DNA of 64,000 bases from Eledone cirrhosa (Eukaryota): positions 66,092,001 through 66,156,000 of the forward strand of contig OZ024743.1 in assembly GCA_964016885.1 (NCBI GenBank), read 5' to 3'. Under the pieces are notes generated by a model. The model was not told the origin of the DNA. It did not search any database and worked only from the letters and a program-made list of their open reading frames with translations. The translations under genes were made by a program, and so were the position numbers. Below, piece by piece: positions 28,566 through 41,421 of this stretch. Within the stretch, counting starts at the first letter, position 1. The number at the start of each line of letters is the position of its first letter.

Positions 28566-29978
28566 GCTGTAACAACAACATCATATAGGATCCCTCTTGT
28601 TGACTTGGGGAAATACTCCCACATTTGTAACGATGCTTTTGTTGCATATATATGGATATCTCAGAAAACATCTAAAGAACGACCTCCCGACTTGTTGCTA
28701 CGAAATCACTCATAAACTCAAAATATATTTTGATCTACACACCAGTGTCTTCTCTTTCTATCTTTCCTACCACTAATACAGAGGTGTTTGTTACTCACAG
28801 TTGTCTGACCTTGTTCCACCCCCACATACGGTTTCCCCCTCTCTGAACGGCACGTCACTCAAATAGTGTAAATGTTATTAGATTATTAGATTATTAGACA
28901 AATATGTTCAGCTTTCTCCCTCCCTTTAAGTCTGCCCACTTCACCACCCCCGATAAAACCCTCCCTTTTCCGGTTTCATTTGATCCTTTTGTTTTTTTTT
29001 TCTCTTCCAGCCACATTCCTCTCTGTACTTCACCCTTTCCCGATGAGAGACGATCGTCTGATACGTTGAGAAATTATTTTTCTTTATTCCACAAGTGTGA
29101 AAATAATAATAGATATTACAGAAAAATGCAATATGATTATTTCCTTTCGCATTAAATCTATTATACGTAGTGATGTCACGAATTTAAGACATTTTACACT
29201 TATTCTTTCACCCTTTCTTTCTTTCCCTCATATAATAATGTGTTGTTGAATTAATCCGTCACTTGGTATAACACGACCAACACACAGCTCTTGGTCCGAT
29301 ATTGTTCAAACATCATGCCTGATCTCCGGTTTTCAGATCATTTACTTCCTTTCTTTCTACTATGATCAGTAACGCAGGTTTGACACGGCCAATGGGTACT
29401 GTCTCTCCTCCTCGATTAAATCATTACATAAAAAGAATAAAATGAAAAGAAAAATTACATTTAGAATGGAGAATGAAACATTTATGACCCCCCAATTCAG
29501 CTGTTGCCGCTTCACATTCAGGGGAAGTCATACAATAAACCACCTCAGGAAATCATACAATAAAACACCTCAGGAAATCATACAATAAAACACACCTATG
29601 TTTATTTACCATAATCAATTACACTATCTTGTAATTACTACTTTCTCTAATATATCCCACATAGTATACTATAAAATATTTAATGCCCACGAACCAATAA
29701 GGGGGCCATAACATAGGCTCTCATTTTACTAAAATAGAAAATACATTTCTTTCACATACACTCAGTTTCTCATTTTCTCTCACTTTCCCTTTCTCTCCCT
29801 ATCTCTTTTTCTTTCTTTCCTTCTTTCCTTCTTTCTTTCTTTCTTTCTTTCTCTCTTTCTCTCTATATATATCTCTTTATCGTTATTCTGAGTTCAAATC
29901 CTGCCGAAATTAGCTGTGTGTTTCATGTATCCGGGATCGATAAAATAAAGTGCCAGTAAAGTAGTGGGGTCGATATAT

Positions 29979-30280
29979 TCTTCTTCTTCTTCTTCTTCTT
30001 CTTCTTCTTCTTCTTCACCCATGGATGTTATCCAACCATCTTGCTCGCCGTCTACCCCTGGGTCTGCTGCCGGTTGGTTTCGCCTGTAAAATCTGTCCTG
30101 CGATTCTTTCCTGAGACATTCTAAACACATGACCATAGTATTGGAGCTGTGATCTCTCAATTCGTAGAAGGAGCGGCTCTACCTTGAGCGACTCTCTAAT
30201 CTCCGAGCTACGCTCTCTATCGAGTAACGTTACTCCAAAGACCCTTCGGAAGAACCCCATTGGGCCGCTTGTATCACCGA
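29979..30280 (-). pseudogene. RTE-clade LINE 3' end with (GAA)n tail
   Basis: FFRRVFGVTLLDRERSSEIR...QLQYYGHVFRM...RPRGRRRARWLDNI. Confidence 0.85.
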
Positions 30281-30409
30281 CAAAATTATCTTAGATTTAC
30301 CAAAATAAATAAATAGATAAATTGTAATTAATCAGTTGGATTGATTAAAACCAAGAATTAGCAAAAATTTCTCTCTCACTCTCTCTCTCTCGCTCTGTCT
30401 CTCTCTCTC

Positions 30410-30480
<71 letters not shown>

Positions 30481-30485
<5 letters not shown>

Positions 30486-30922
30486 AAAGAATAGAGGTGT
30501 AACACACAAGTTATTATATATTGGTAAACGGAATAGAAAATGCTGACAAATTGTTCACAGTTGAAAAATGGTTTAATTAGGAATAAAAGAGTATTAGTAA
30601 TTGTATGGGTTAGTATTCAGTTGTGGTTTTAAGTTTTTAAGTTTTTACCGGTTGCGCATTTCTAAATGCTTTTCAAAAATAATTTTGAGACAGAGTGTCC
30701 GTGCTGTTTGCTCTGATCTGTTTGCTCTGATCAGAGCAAACAGCACGGACACTCTGTCTCAAAATTATTTTTGAAAAGCATTTAGAAATGCGCAACCGCT
30801 AAAAACTTAAAAACTTAAAACCACAACTGAATACTAACCCATACAATTACTAATACTCTTTTATTCCTAATTAAACCAATTTTCAACTGTGAACAATTTG
30901 TCAGCATTTTCTATTCCGTTTA

Positions 30923-30931
<9 letters not shown>
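30481..30931. mobile_element. Fold-back element: ~200-bp near-perfect palindrome with an HHR-like motif in each arm
   Basis: Arms 30516-30718 and 30729-30931. TTT-TTGAAAA-GCATTT ag AAATGC-GCAA-CCGG-TA motif at 30643-30679(-) and, with CCGC, at 30768-30804(+). Confidence 0.8.
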
Positions 30932-31000
<69 letters not shown>

Positions 31001-31007
31001 ATATATT

Positions 31008-31072
<65 letters not shown>

Positions 31073-31077
<5 letters not shown>

Positions 31078-31847
31078 GAAGTTAGTATGCCCGTGGGTAC
31101 TAAGTACCCCCGGAAATACATAGGTTGTCTATGATTTAAGGTTGTTCTATGGTATCAATTTGACATACCAGAACTATAATATTAATATAAGCAGAACAAG
31201 CAAAATTCAACCAATTTTTTAAAATAAATTAAAAAATATAATTTAAATATTTACCTATTCTTTTGGCCCTTACCGATCGGTTTTGCCTTGTAAAACACTA
31301 GAGATCCAATGGATTTCTAATGGAAAATCAAGGCTCATGGTTGAATTTTGCTTGTTCTGCTTATATTAATATTATAGTTCTGGTATGTCAAATTGATACC
31401 ATAGAACAACCTTAAATCATAGACAACCTATGTATTTCCGGGGGTACTTAGTACCCACGGGCATACTAACTTCTTCTATTACTCTCCGTTATGTTGAGAA
31501 CAAATCTGTTGTTTCTATTTAGCTGCTATTTTTAGTAACGAGATAGACAACATGTCTATGTTTTTCCCGCTTTCACCTCGGGTAGTTCGCGTACAGGTCA
31601 TTTTTCGGCCTTTTGGATCTGTGCTAGCTGGCAGATAACAATATATTTTATCGTTCCTGGGTCTTTAGCCCTAGGAAAGGAAAATGCTTCTCTGATGAGC
31701 CTTGATTTTCCATTAGAAATCCATTGGATCTCTAGTGTTTTACAAGGCGAAACCGATCGGTAAGGGCCAAAAGAATAGGTAAATATTTAAATTATATTTT
31801 TTAATTTATTTTAAAAAATTGGTTGAATTTTGCTTGTTCTGCTTATA

Positions 31848-31852
<5 letters not shown>
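31073..31852 (+). mobile_element. Non-coding hammerhead-bearing unit (482-nt monomer) with 5' inverted arm
   Basis: ggttgaattttgcttgttctgcttatattaat occurs at 31339 and 31821. 31073-31338 is a reverse-complement copy spanning the monomer junction; (TA)n flanks. Confidence 0.82.
31686..31767 (+). ncRNA. Type I hammerhead ribozyme, canonical core, palindromic stem III
   Basis: CTGATGA 31692-31698; stem II GCCTTG/CAAGGC; GAAA 31749-31752; ACCGATCGGT palindrome; cleavage after GTA at 31762; stem I TTCT/AGGG. Confidence 0.8.
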
Positions 31853-31880
<28 letters not shown>

Positions 31881-31884
<4 letters not shown>

Positions 31885-32243
31885 GATCCCGTTAAACTTT
31901 AATCTGTTATTTTAATAAATATTTGCCCTAGGGTCCTTATATATTTGATATATATTCATCCTTATCGAACCCTCTTTGGATTTTAGTCTTCACATTTATT
32001 ATTATTACTATATATATATATATATATGTATAGGAAAAGAATCAGGACCCCCACAGCTGAGCTGCGGTCGTTACGACAGCTAGATCCGAACTAATTGTAC
32101 TAACTGTCGAAACGGACGGAGCTTAGCCGTCAGGGTCCTAACTCTTTTCCTATTACCCACTCTACTACTCGAGTAGAGTGGGTAATAGTATCGAATGCTC
32201 TGGTGCGTTATGGTCCACCTGGTTTCTTACCGCACTTTCTTTA
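31881..32243 (+). mobile_element. Family B fragment (31881-32010) and family A fold-back element (32031-32243)
   Basis: Homology to 5562-5720 and 5337-5534; GAAA-CGG...CCG-TC half-ribozyme at ~32109-32131. Confidence 0.65.
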
Positions 32244-32277
32244 TATATATATATATATAACAACTAGAAATTGATTA

Positions 32278-32365
<88 letters not shown>

Positions 32366-32740
32366 GATATGAAAACATGGCGTGCTGCGTGGTTGAAAAT
32401 GGGTTACATATGAATAAATTTAGTCCTTCATCAGTGATCTTCCAACCTTCATTGGTATTTCATCGTTTTAAAGACCATATACCTCTGGTTTGTGCGAGCA
32501 ACGGCTAAAGAAAGTCGTTGGGACACGTAAATAGGGGGAACGAGCGAGACAGTAAACAAACAAAGATGGTAATGCAACGAAAAGTGAGGAAGTAGGAGTC
32601 AAGTCCCTGAAATCGATGAACACAAGTTCTGCGAAATCGTGGACGAGAGAGAATAAAGACCATCAAACCTGGTCGAAATGTGAGTAAGGAAAGAATTTCG
32701 CACAGGTCAAACGGGAGGAAGAAGGAGTCAAGTCCCTGAA

Positions 32741-32795
<55 letters not shown>

Positions 32796-32800
<5 letters not shown>

Positions 32801-33476
32801 ATACTTTGGGAGGGTCATGTTGCCAATAAGAAACACACGCACCAGTTGCTTTCACTTCAATTTATTATAATAAATTTATAAATTTATAAATTTCTGGTTG
32901 GTTGGTTGGTTCCACAACCAGATAGTTGTTTATATATTGTCATAGTTCTTTTGTCACAAACTCTGTGACCTCTTCAGTGACTGGGTATTCCTTTCTTTGT
33001 TTCTGTGCCTCTCCTTTGTTCTGTCCTACGCCATTTTGTTTCTGTGTGTGTGTTGTGTGCTCAGTCTGCGCATGCGCCACATCCGGGTGTCTGTGTGTGT
33101 TTATGTTCATTTATTTATTTGTTTATTTACATGTTACTGGTTGGTTGTTTGTTCTATGTGTGTGTGTGTTTTCATTTTGTCCTTGTAAATGAACACTGGC
33201 GAGACCTTCAAGATAGTAAAGAATCATCTGTACTCTACCAACATGCTAAAATAGAACACAAGGGTAAATTAGAAAACATAGAAATAAAAATAGAATCTAC
33301 ACACAGAAAAGACGCAATGTTTAGACAAATTACAGAGGCAATAAACATAAAAGAATTACAACCAAAATTAAATAGAAAATATGAGTGGAACAGCAATATC
33401 ACAACTTACAATTAAGGACAAAATGAAAACACACACGCACATAGAACAAACAACCAACCAGTAACATGTAAATAAA
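32796..33476. mobile_element. Truncated, inverted PLE of a sister family to 49513-53800
   Basis: Minus arm is a pLTR ending in an MTLPKYNN tail. Plus arm 33190-33415 encodes EHWRDL..SVLYQHAKIEH..FRQITEAINI..PKLNRKYEW. 33122-33185 is mirrored at 33413-33476. Confidence 0.85.
32939..32981 (-). ncRNA. Minimal hammerhead in pLTR, G12 lost (probable CpG decay)
   Basis: Reverse complement: GTCA-CTGAAGA-G-GTCACA gagtt TGTGAC-AAAA-GAAC-TA^TGAC. Confidence 0.62.
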
Positions 33477-34875
33477 GAGCTGTGGATTCGAAACCACATC
33501 TCTTGTTTGAGGATGAGGTGTTACCAATTACATCAACCTATCGCCTGTGCTTCAGTGTCTATATCTTTCAGTGTCTATATCACTTTTTATTAGCAAATAT
33601 AATTTGTGCTGAAACATTCATTAGACAACACTACCCTATAAAACCCCTCAAAATATTTCTGTTTCTTTATCATATTTAATTATATAATTAAAGTGGATAT
33701 TATGCACAAGGCCAGCAATTGTGTGAAGGGATGGGGAGAGTCAATTTATACTGAGCCCTGTATTTACTAGGGCATTATATTATCACCCTTGAAGAGATGA
33801 ACAGCAAAGTTGATCTCGGCCGGATTTGAACTCCGAGTGCTGTGTGTCGTCACAAATATCGGAAGTATTTTCAATCCGACACCCTAACGACTTTACAAAC
33901 TCCTCACCACCATACTTAGATAGTTGTTCTATTTATATTTAAAAAATATAGAATGGCGCTTAGAAACCTGATAGTGAAACATAAGACTAAATATTTACAG
34001 CCGAGAAATTCAAGAATGTTCTGTTCACACAATAGATAATACTGAAGGGAAAGAGATTTTACAATTTAATATTGATATTCTTCCTTTTCAGTCACAGCTG
34101 GCCAGGAAAAAAAAGAACAACAGTCAAGAGGTGAGAGAACTAATGGTGTGTAATCCTTCACTGGTAATTTACTGTGATTCTTCTTCTCTCATATGAGACT
34201 GTTGCTGTCTTAGGTTGTCGTTCGACTGATCAAGATCAAAGATCAGCGATCAGTTTCCAGGGCCCACTACAAGGAGGTCGACAGCTTGGTCCCCACTTTT
34301 ATCATAGTTTACAGGTTTAACTGTTAGTCAATAATTAGCCTATCATGTCGGTTATTGATATCATGGAGTAGTGCAGTTTAAATATGAATTTAGCTAAAGT
34401 TCTGTGCTACAGAGATGATTATTGTTATCTAGTTCACTTGTGAACCCACAGTTATAATCTTATCTTATTAAAGGGTGTCTAGATGTACTTCAATAATATA
34501 ATATCCTGTACGCGGAGACACGTACTGATAATTGTAATGAATAGTTGAGATTCCTACTGTTGATACAAGGTCATGCATTTGATGTGGAGAAAGTGGCGTG
34601 ATCTCTGATATTAAAGCAATCCCCAGTACTTGAATCGTAAGAAAAATAGCATAATTGATCTTGATGAGAAGTAGACAAAGATAAACAAATGAAATAATCA
34701 AATATTAATTTCAAATTTATTCATATGGCCAATATATTTGGGGGGAAAGGCAAATTTAATTAAACAAAGCACAGGACTTAATATTAATTATGGAAGTGTA
34801 TCGAAACATAATCGAATACGGTGTCATTAAATAATTTCCTTATTTTACAGCCCGCAATATATATATATATATATA

Positions 34876-35196
34876 TATTCTACCACTATACTATCATATT
34901 GTCCAATATTCAACCATTGTACTATCATATTGTACAATATTCTACCACTGTACTATCATATTGTCTGACATTCTACCACTATACTATCATATTGTCTGAC
35001 ATTCTACCACTGTACTATCATATTGTCTGACATTCTACCACTGTACTAACATATTGTCTGACATTCTATCACCGTACTATAATATTGTCTGACATTCTAC
35101 CACTTTACTATCATATTGTCCAATATTCTATTTTTGTACTATCATATTGTCCGATATTCTACCACTATACTATCATATTGTCCGATATTCTACCCC
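34876..35196. repeat. 31-bp minisatellite, ~10 copies
   Basis: Unit approximately attctaccactgtactatcatattgtctgac. Confidence 0.92.
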
Positions 35197-35199
35197 ACC

Positions 35200-35527
35200 G
35201 CAGTCCCGTGGCTCAGTGTAATGCGGTCATTTTGGGGCCACAACAAAACCCGCCCAGTCCACAATATAAAGCGGTCATGCAGGTGAAACGTAAAAAACGC
35301 CCAGTCCATATAGTAAAAAGATCGTGCTGGTGACAGGACAAAAAGCGCTCAGTCGATTCTGTAAATCAGGTGTGCGTTAGGAAGTGCATCAAGCCGTAGA
35401 AACCGACTCAGAAACAGTTATGTATATGCAGGATACAATAAACAGATGTGACTTGTCTCACAATGGGATAACTGGCCTAACCCATGCTAGAATAGAAAAA
35501 TGGATGTTAAACGGTGATGATGATGAT
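35200..35527 (+). mobile_element. Degenerate SINE-like element with RTE-type tail and (GAT)n end
   Basis: gcgttaggaagtgcatcaagccgtagaaacc...aacccatgctagaatagaaaaatggatgttaaacggtgatgatg. Confidence 0.5.
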
Positions 35528-35579
35528 ACACACATACACACACACACTCACACACATATATATACGTATATATATATAT

Positions 35580-35658
<79 letters not shown>

Positions 35659-36345
35659 TGTATGCACGCGTGTGTTTGCTTTAAAATGATAAATAGGTGT
35701 CAATAGACGTACACATAGGTAGATGTGTATATGGGTATACATGTATATTTTTCACACATACACACTTATATACTTATATATATATCCATACAAAGACACA
35801 CATATATACACATATATACATGCACACATACATATATAGATAAATACATACATACATACATACATAATACATACATACATACATACATACACACCTACAT
35901 ACATATAATGATTAATACCTCAATCGATAATCCGTTAAAATCTGTCTTCCTTAATTGTTTAGGGTTTTTCTGATTGTTAACATTTAGATGTATTGTTTTG
36001 TCCTAGAAGTTATTTGTTCCGGCATATTCACGTAATTTACCGATCCGAACCGGAAATATTCTTTCACGTTATTGCTAAATTGGAGGACATCTTGCTTGCA
36101 CTCGTCAGCCGCCATTTTTATTGCTTCTTCGTCTTCTTTTTATTGTGCTTTGAAGTATGTATGTATTTATGTGTGTATGAATGTATGTATATATGTACGT
36201 GTGTGTGTGTGTGTGTGCGTGTGTGTATGTACATATGTACGTATATATGAACGCATGTCCGTATATATGTATGTATGTATGTTAGTATGTATGTATGTTT
36301 GTATGCATGTATGTATGCATGTATATATGTATGTATGCACGTATG

Positions 36346-37590
36346 TTATCTCTTTCTCTTAATTTCGAGTATATATTTTTTGACCGGCCACCTTCCCGGT
36401 GGCAAGGTTGTAGAAGAAAAGAACTTGTCATCCCTTGAATCGCAAGAATGTTTTGCAAATTTTGAAGGTGCCAGCTATCGCAGCCATTTGTAGACTATGA
36501 ATTAGGGAGCTGCGCTTTTTGTCCGCAAATCCAAGTTCAGTCATTCTTTGGTCCAAGCGGGTTGGTATATAACCCGTAGCTCCAATAATGATGGTTATGA
36601 AGCTAAAGGTGTATTTTGGATACTGGATTTGTAAACTCCTCATCAATGGTCCGTAGATGTCCTCCTTCTCCTGTATTTTTCTGACAACATTTACATCAAG
36701 TGGGCAGCTGATCTCCACAACAGAACACGTTTTCAATGTGTGGTCCCAAACAACAATATCAGACCGATTGTTCTTTAATTTGGTGGCAGTTTTTATTTTC
36801 AGGTTCCACCAGTATTCCTTAGTGCCATCTGTCTCAATATATTCTTCCTCGTTTATTGTTAATTTTGTTTTCCGAAGTGCATTCCAGATGGTTCTAGCTA
36901 TCCCATCGTGTCTCATGGGAGGTAGTAGCGAGATGACATTCTTTCGCAGCTGGCAACAATGTGGCTTACATCCTCGATTTTTGTTTTACATAACCTACAT
37001 TTATTGTCAGCTGATGGCCCTCCCCTTTTGTGCAGCAGATATTTGGTAGGGAGTTCTTGTTCCTGTATTGCATAGAGATATCCCTCAAGGTGTGATGTCA
37101 TAAACTTGTCGGAGTGGGTTATCCTCTCTATGGTCTGTGTTTTACGTCTCAGGTATCCATGCACAACGTTTTCTGTAAATTGGTCATTTTTTTCACCTTG
37201 TTTGAACATTGAATAGGATCTTCCGATTTCTCTGGGTGAGAGATTTATATCAGCCTTTATTACATATCTCTACTCCAGATCAGTCGCTATTCTAATGATA
37301 TTTTTTTTTCATGCTCATAAACCTGGGCAAGATGGTTGCCAACCTTTTTCCTCTGTAGAAGGTGTTGCTTCAGTGTTACTATCCGGGTCTTATAAGTTGT
37401 TAATATTGATTTTAGACCCCGGCCACCTTCCTTGCGTGAGAAGTATAGCCTATCCACATCACCATTGATGTTAAAGTTCCCAGTAACACTGAGAAGTTTG
37501 CGAGTTCTAACATCCATCTCACTTAGTTCTTGCAATGACCAGTTCAGCAGGCCAAATGTTGGCGTTAGAATTGGCACAGCATAAGTATTG
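36346..37590 (-). pseudogene. R4/Dong-clade LINE 3' part (RT end, CCHC, restriction-like endonuclease)
   Basis: DVDRLYFSRKEGGRGL; CRLCKTKIEDVSHIVASC; RHDGIA..NRSDIVVWD..VEISCP. Frameshifted; (TATG)n-like flanks. Confidence 0.88.
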
Positions 37591-37799
37591 TGTATGTATG
37601 TATTTATGTTTTTGTATGTATGTACTTATGTATGTATGTATTTATGTTTTTGTATGTATGTATATGTGTGTGTGTTTGTGTACGTATGTATGTATATATG
37701 AACGCATCTGCGTATATATGTATGTACATATGTATATTGATGTATACACATTTTTTGATGGCCGTTGACTCTTATGAGTTCGTCCGCCCTTTATATATA

Positions 37800-38285
37800 T
37801 ATGATGGCTGCAAACTCTGCTAAGAGTATTGAAATCACTTGTCAGATTACAGAAAATGGTGCACTTTTAGACTACGGCCAGCCACACGAACCTGTAACAT
37901 ATCCTAAACAAGCAATGCCTGTGCCGTGAAGCTTTTATATATGCGTGGGCACATAGAAATATTCGGGCTGGATACCCGATCGCACGGTTAAACCACTTGT
38001 TTAAATGCCTTTGTCAGGGCATTTTTCTAGGAGAAGGTAACTCAGGAAACTGGGATAACTCCGACATAAAACCTGCGGCTCAGTAGTTACCGATGATGTT
38101 GATCTTTTCTTCTTTTCGGGTTATAGCTACTGTCGCTCAGAGAGTGGGATTGGCTCAGAACACAGTCCTTCCTCACTTAAAAAAAATCTTCACAAGCATT
38201 GCACGATGGCATTAATTGATAATTATTAATTATGTTATATCGTGCAATGGCCATACTCCATAACGAGGGGGCAGCCATCATCATG
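37800..38285. mobile_element. Rearranged RTE-family terminal fragments
   Basis: 37803-37840 is the reverse complement of the RTE 3' end at ~39105-39143; 38025-38155 resembles 39520-39635. Confidence 0.5.
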
Positions 38286-38339
38286 TATTGATGTATGTAT
38301 GTATATATGTATGTACGTACGTACGTATGTATGTAGGTG

Positions 38340-39143
38340 TATGAAGACCAAGGTGAGAGTGTATGCTGCATGTGTACTGTCAGATTTTCTGTATGTGAGA
38401 TATGGGTTGCCTACAAACAGCATATCCAAAAGCTGGAACCATTTCACCAGAAGTGTCTCAGAAAGATGCTCGGTATCAAGTGGCAGATACATGTGAGTGA
38501 TGTTGAGGTCCTTGAGAGAAGTGAGTGTCGGAGCATTGAGAGTATCATCCACGTTTTGTGATGGACCGGATACCACTGCAGAATGGGGGATGATCGAATC
38601 CCAAAACAACTTTTGTATGGCGTGCTTTGTAAGGGCAAGAGACCACCTCACAAGCCAAGGCTCCGCTTCAAGGATTGTGTAAAGGACTCATTAAAAAATA
38701 TTGGTTTGTTGGTGGTTGATTGGGAGATAGAAGCTCTTGAACGAGAAACTTGGCATAGAATGGTGAATGATGGGGGTGCGGAATTTTGAGGATATAGAGC
38801 ACGAAAAGATCAAACACAATGTGCGTAAGCAATACTCTGGTGTATCGCTAGAAACGACTGGTGTCTCCATTGAATTGAGTGTGGAAAAATGTTCTTGAGC
38901 AAATCTGGTCTCAGGAGCCACAGTTGCAGCCATGTTGAAAGAGAATCAGTGAACTATGAACTCCACAGTATTGTGAAGGTTCACAGGCAACCTGATGCAA
39001 GACCTTAGGCCAGGGAGATCTATAGTTGTTGTCAGTGTGCGAAGGAGTGCAAGTCTCTAGTAGGTTTCAAAAGCTATATCCGAGCATCACACATCTGAAT
39101 CCGACAAACGATTGCAATACTCTTAGCAGAGTTTGCAGCCTTC
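38340..39143 (+). pseudogene. RTE (BovB-like) LINE 3' part with (TATG)n tail
   Basis: TKVRVYAACVLS; KLEPFHQKCLRKMLGIKWQ; MGDDRIPKQLLYG..KPRLRFKDCVKDSLK. Confidence 0.85.
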
Positions 39144-39286
39144 ATGTATGTATGTATGTATGTATGTATGTATGTATGTATGTATGTATGTATGTATGTA
39201 TGTATGTATGTATGTATGTATGTATGTTTGTATGTTTGTTTGTATGTATGTATGTATGTATGTATGTATGTATGTATGTATGTATG

Positions 39287-39897
39287 TCAGGTCACCAGTT
39301 GGTGCTACTGGTAACATGTATCCCAGTACAACCTGTCTCATGGTCGGGTCGTTGGCAACTAAACTGGCAACCCCACCAAGGTTTCTTGGTGAGGAGGGTG
39401 ACTTTGGACATCTTGCAGGACTAAAAACAAAACCTGTCAAAGGGCAAAGGAGCTCTTAAGAGTCAATGGCCATCCAAAATCACCGGGAGAGATGACCCCT
39501 TAGCCTTTGTCAAGGCAGAATTCTAGGAGAAGGAAAACTCTGATATAACACCTGCAACCCTGATGGTATCCAATGATGTTGACTTGTTCTTCTTTTTGGT
39601 AAATATCATCTTGGTTAAGAGAGTGGGACTGGCTTTGTGAAGTGCCTTTGCTCACTATAAAAGCTTCACGGCACAGGCATTGCTTTATATCTGGAGATCT
39701 CTCTGCACTTGTCGCCACATGGTACCATGGGCCCAGCACTATGTGTCAATAATTGTCACAAATGTAGTATTTGTACCAGAGTTTTCAAGTCGCTGGCTGG
39801 ACTAAAAAGTCACACTCGTTCAGCGCATCGGTAGGAGTTCTCCTACAAGGATATAAAGTAGTGGCCGTACTCGAAAATGAGTTGGCAGCCATCATGT
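39287..39897 (+). mobile_element. Non-autonomous RTE-related element
   Basis: Contains an aggagaaggaaaactctga motif and ends gcagccatcatgtatg like the adjacent RTE; (TATG)n on both sides. Confidence 0.5.
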
Positions 39898-39960
39898 ATG
39901 TATGTATGTATGTATGTATGTATGTATGTATGTATGTATGTATGTATGTATGTATGTATG

Positions 39961-40174
39961 TTATCTCTTTCTCTTAATTTCGAGTATATTTATTTGACCG
40001 GCCACCTTCCTGATGGCAAGGTTGTAAAAGAAAAGAAATTGTCATCCCTTGAATCGCAAAAATGTTTTGCAAATTTTGAAGGTGCCAGCTATCGCAGCCA
40101 TTTGTAGATTATGAATCAGGGAGCTGCGTTCTTTGACCGCAAATCCTAGTTCAGTCATACTTTGGTCCAAGCGG
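39961..40174 (-). mobile_element. Short 3' copy of the R4/Dong-like LINE
   Basis: Highly similar to 36346-36560, with the same 3' junction into (CATA)n. Confidence 0.88.
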
Positions 40175-40378
40175 TATGTATGTAGGTATATATGTATATA
40201 TGAACGTATGTGCATATGTATGTATGTATTTATGTATGTGTGTTTTTATATTTATGTTTGTATATACGTGTGTGTGTGTATGTATATATGTATGTGTGTA
40301 TGTATGTAAGTATGTATGAAAGTATTGTGTATCGGCCTGTAACTCCTGATGAACACCGCATTGGCACACGCCATGTGT

Positions 40379-40438
<60 letters not shown>

Positions 40439-40440
<2 letters not shown>

Positions 40441-40689
40441 AACGCCAGGACCCCGACGGCAGAGCTCAAGCCCTTTTGACGGCTATTTAGGGCTAAATTA
40501 GATATTTAGTGTGGTGTAGATATCTAAACCACGCTCTAAAAATTTAATTTAGTCCAGAAAAAGCCGTCGAAATGGCTTGAGCTCTGCTGTCGGGGGTCTT
40601 GATTTTTTCCTATTACCCACTCTACTACTCAAAGTATCGAATACTCTGGTGCGTTATCGTCCACCTGTTTTCTTACCACATTTCCTTCG

Positions 40690-40692
<3 letters not shown>
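40439..40692 (+). mobile_element. Family A element with 5' fold-back
   Basis: Inverted arms ~40447-40487 and ~40560-40600; shared 3' tail; (TA)n flanks. Confidence 0.7.
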
Positions 40693-40742
<50 letters not shown>

Positions 40743-40745
<3 letters not shown>

Positions 40746-40964
40746 GCTGAACATAAAGTCTTTCCAAACCTAGCTTTTTTGTTTCATAGACTCCATTTTG
40801 TTACTGAAAATTACAACTACTTCCTGTTGACGAGAAAATGTAAAACATTTTCAGAAAACTTTTAAACTTGAAATTTATAAATTAGAACAAGGAAAAAGTA
40901 AAATCTCAAATACTATCCAATATATGGTATTTTATAATCGGGGAAAGACTTTATGTTCACCGTG
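40743..40964. mobile_element. Tc1/mariner-type MITE
   Basis: 23-bp TIRs caggctgaacataaagtctttcc / ggaaagactttatgttcaccgtg, each flanked by TA. Confidence 0.78.
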
Positions 40965-41030
40965 TATATATAGATAAAGTTTCTTACGAAAAGTAAAAAA
41001 ACAATAAACAATACAAATGTGACCAAAAAT

Positions 41031-41421
41031 GGTTACATTCATTTTGAGCAAAGTCATTTTGAGTGAAACATTAAGTACGAACGATATTTTCAGCGAAGAT
41101 TAATTTTAAAATTTTTACTCTTTCAATAATTAAATTTATCGATTTTAAACGTTGTGAATTTTTAGTTCTTTCTACTATAAAATGTGTTGATTTTTTAATA
41201 ATGTTTTATTTATCTGTTGTGAAGTAATTATTTGTAAAAAAAAATCGTAGATTTCTAGTATATTTTTATTTTTATCAACTTCACTCAAAGCGTCTTTAAA
41301 AACACAGTTTGAGGTTCGCTCAAACTGACATCGCTTAATAGGCATCGTTCAAAATGCACATAATTTTCACTTCGCTCAAAGTGACTTCGCTCAACTTAAC
41401 TTCGCTCAAACGACTGGACAC
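41031..41421. mobile_element. Degenerate MITE-like element with ~15-bp subterminal repeats
   Basis: tttgagcaaag/tttgagtgaa repeats at the left end, inverted cttcgctcaaa repeats at the right end. Confidence 0.5.

Noticed and set aside
32424-32440. CTGATGAAGGAC on the minus strand
   Set aside because: No matching GTCC-GAAA downstream; truncated or coincidental.
34876-35196. Regular ~31-bp repeats resembling a CRISPR array
   Set aside because: Contiguous tandem units without unique spacers, no cas genes, eukaryotic context.
40346-40352. Isolated CTGATGA in a short insert
   Set aside because: The sequence runs into (CA)n before any GAAA or stem III.
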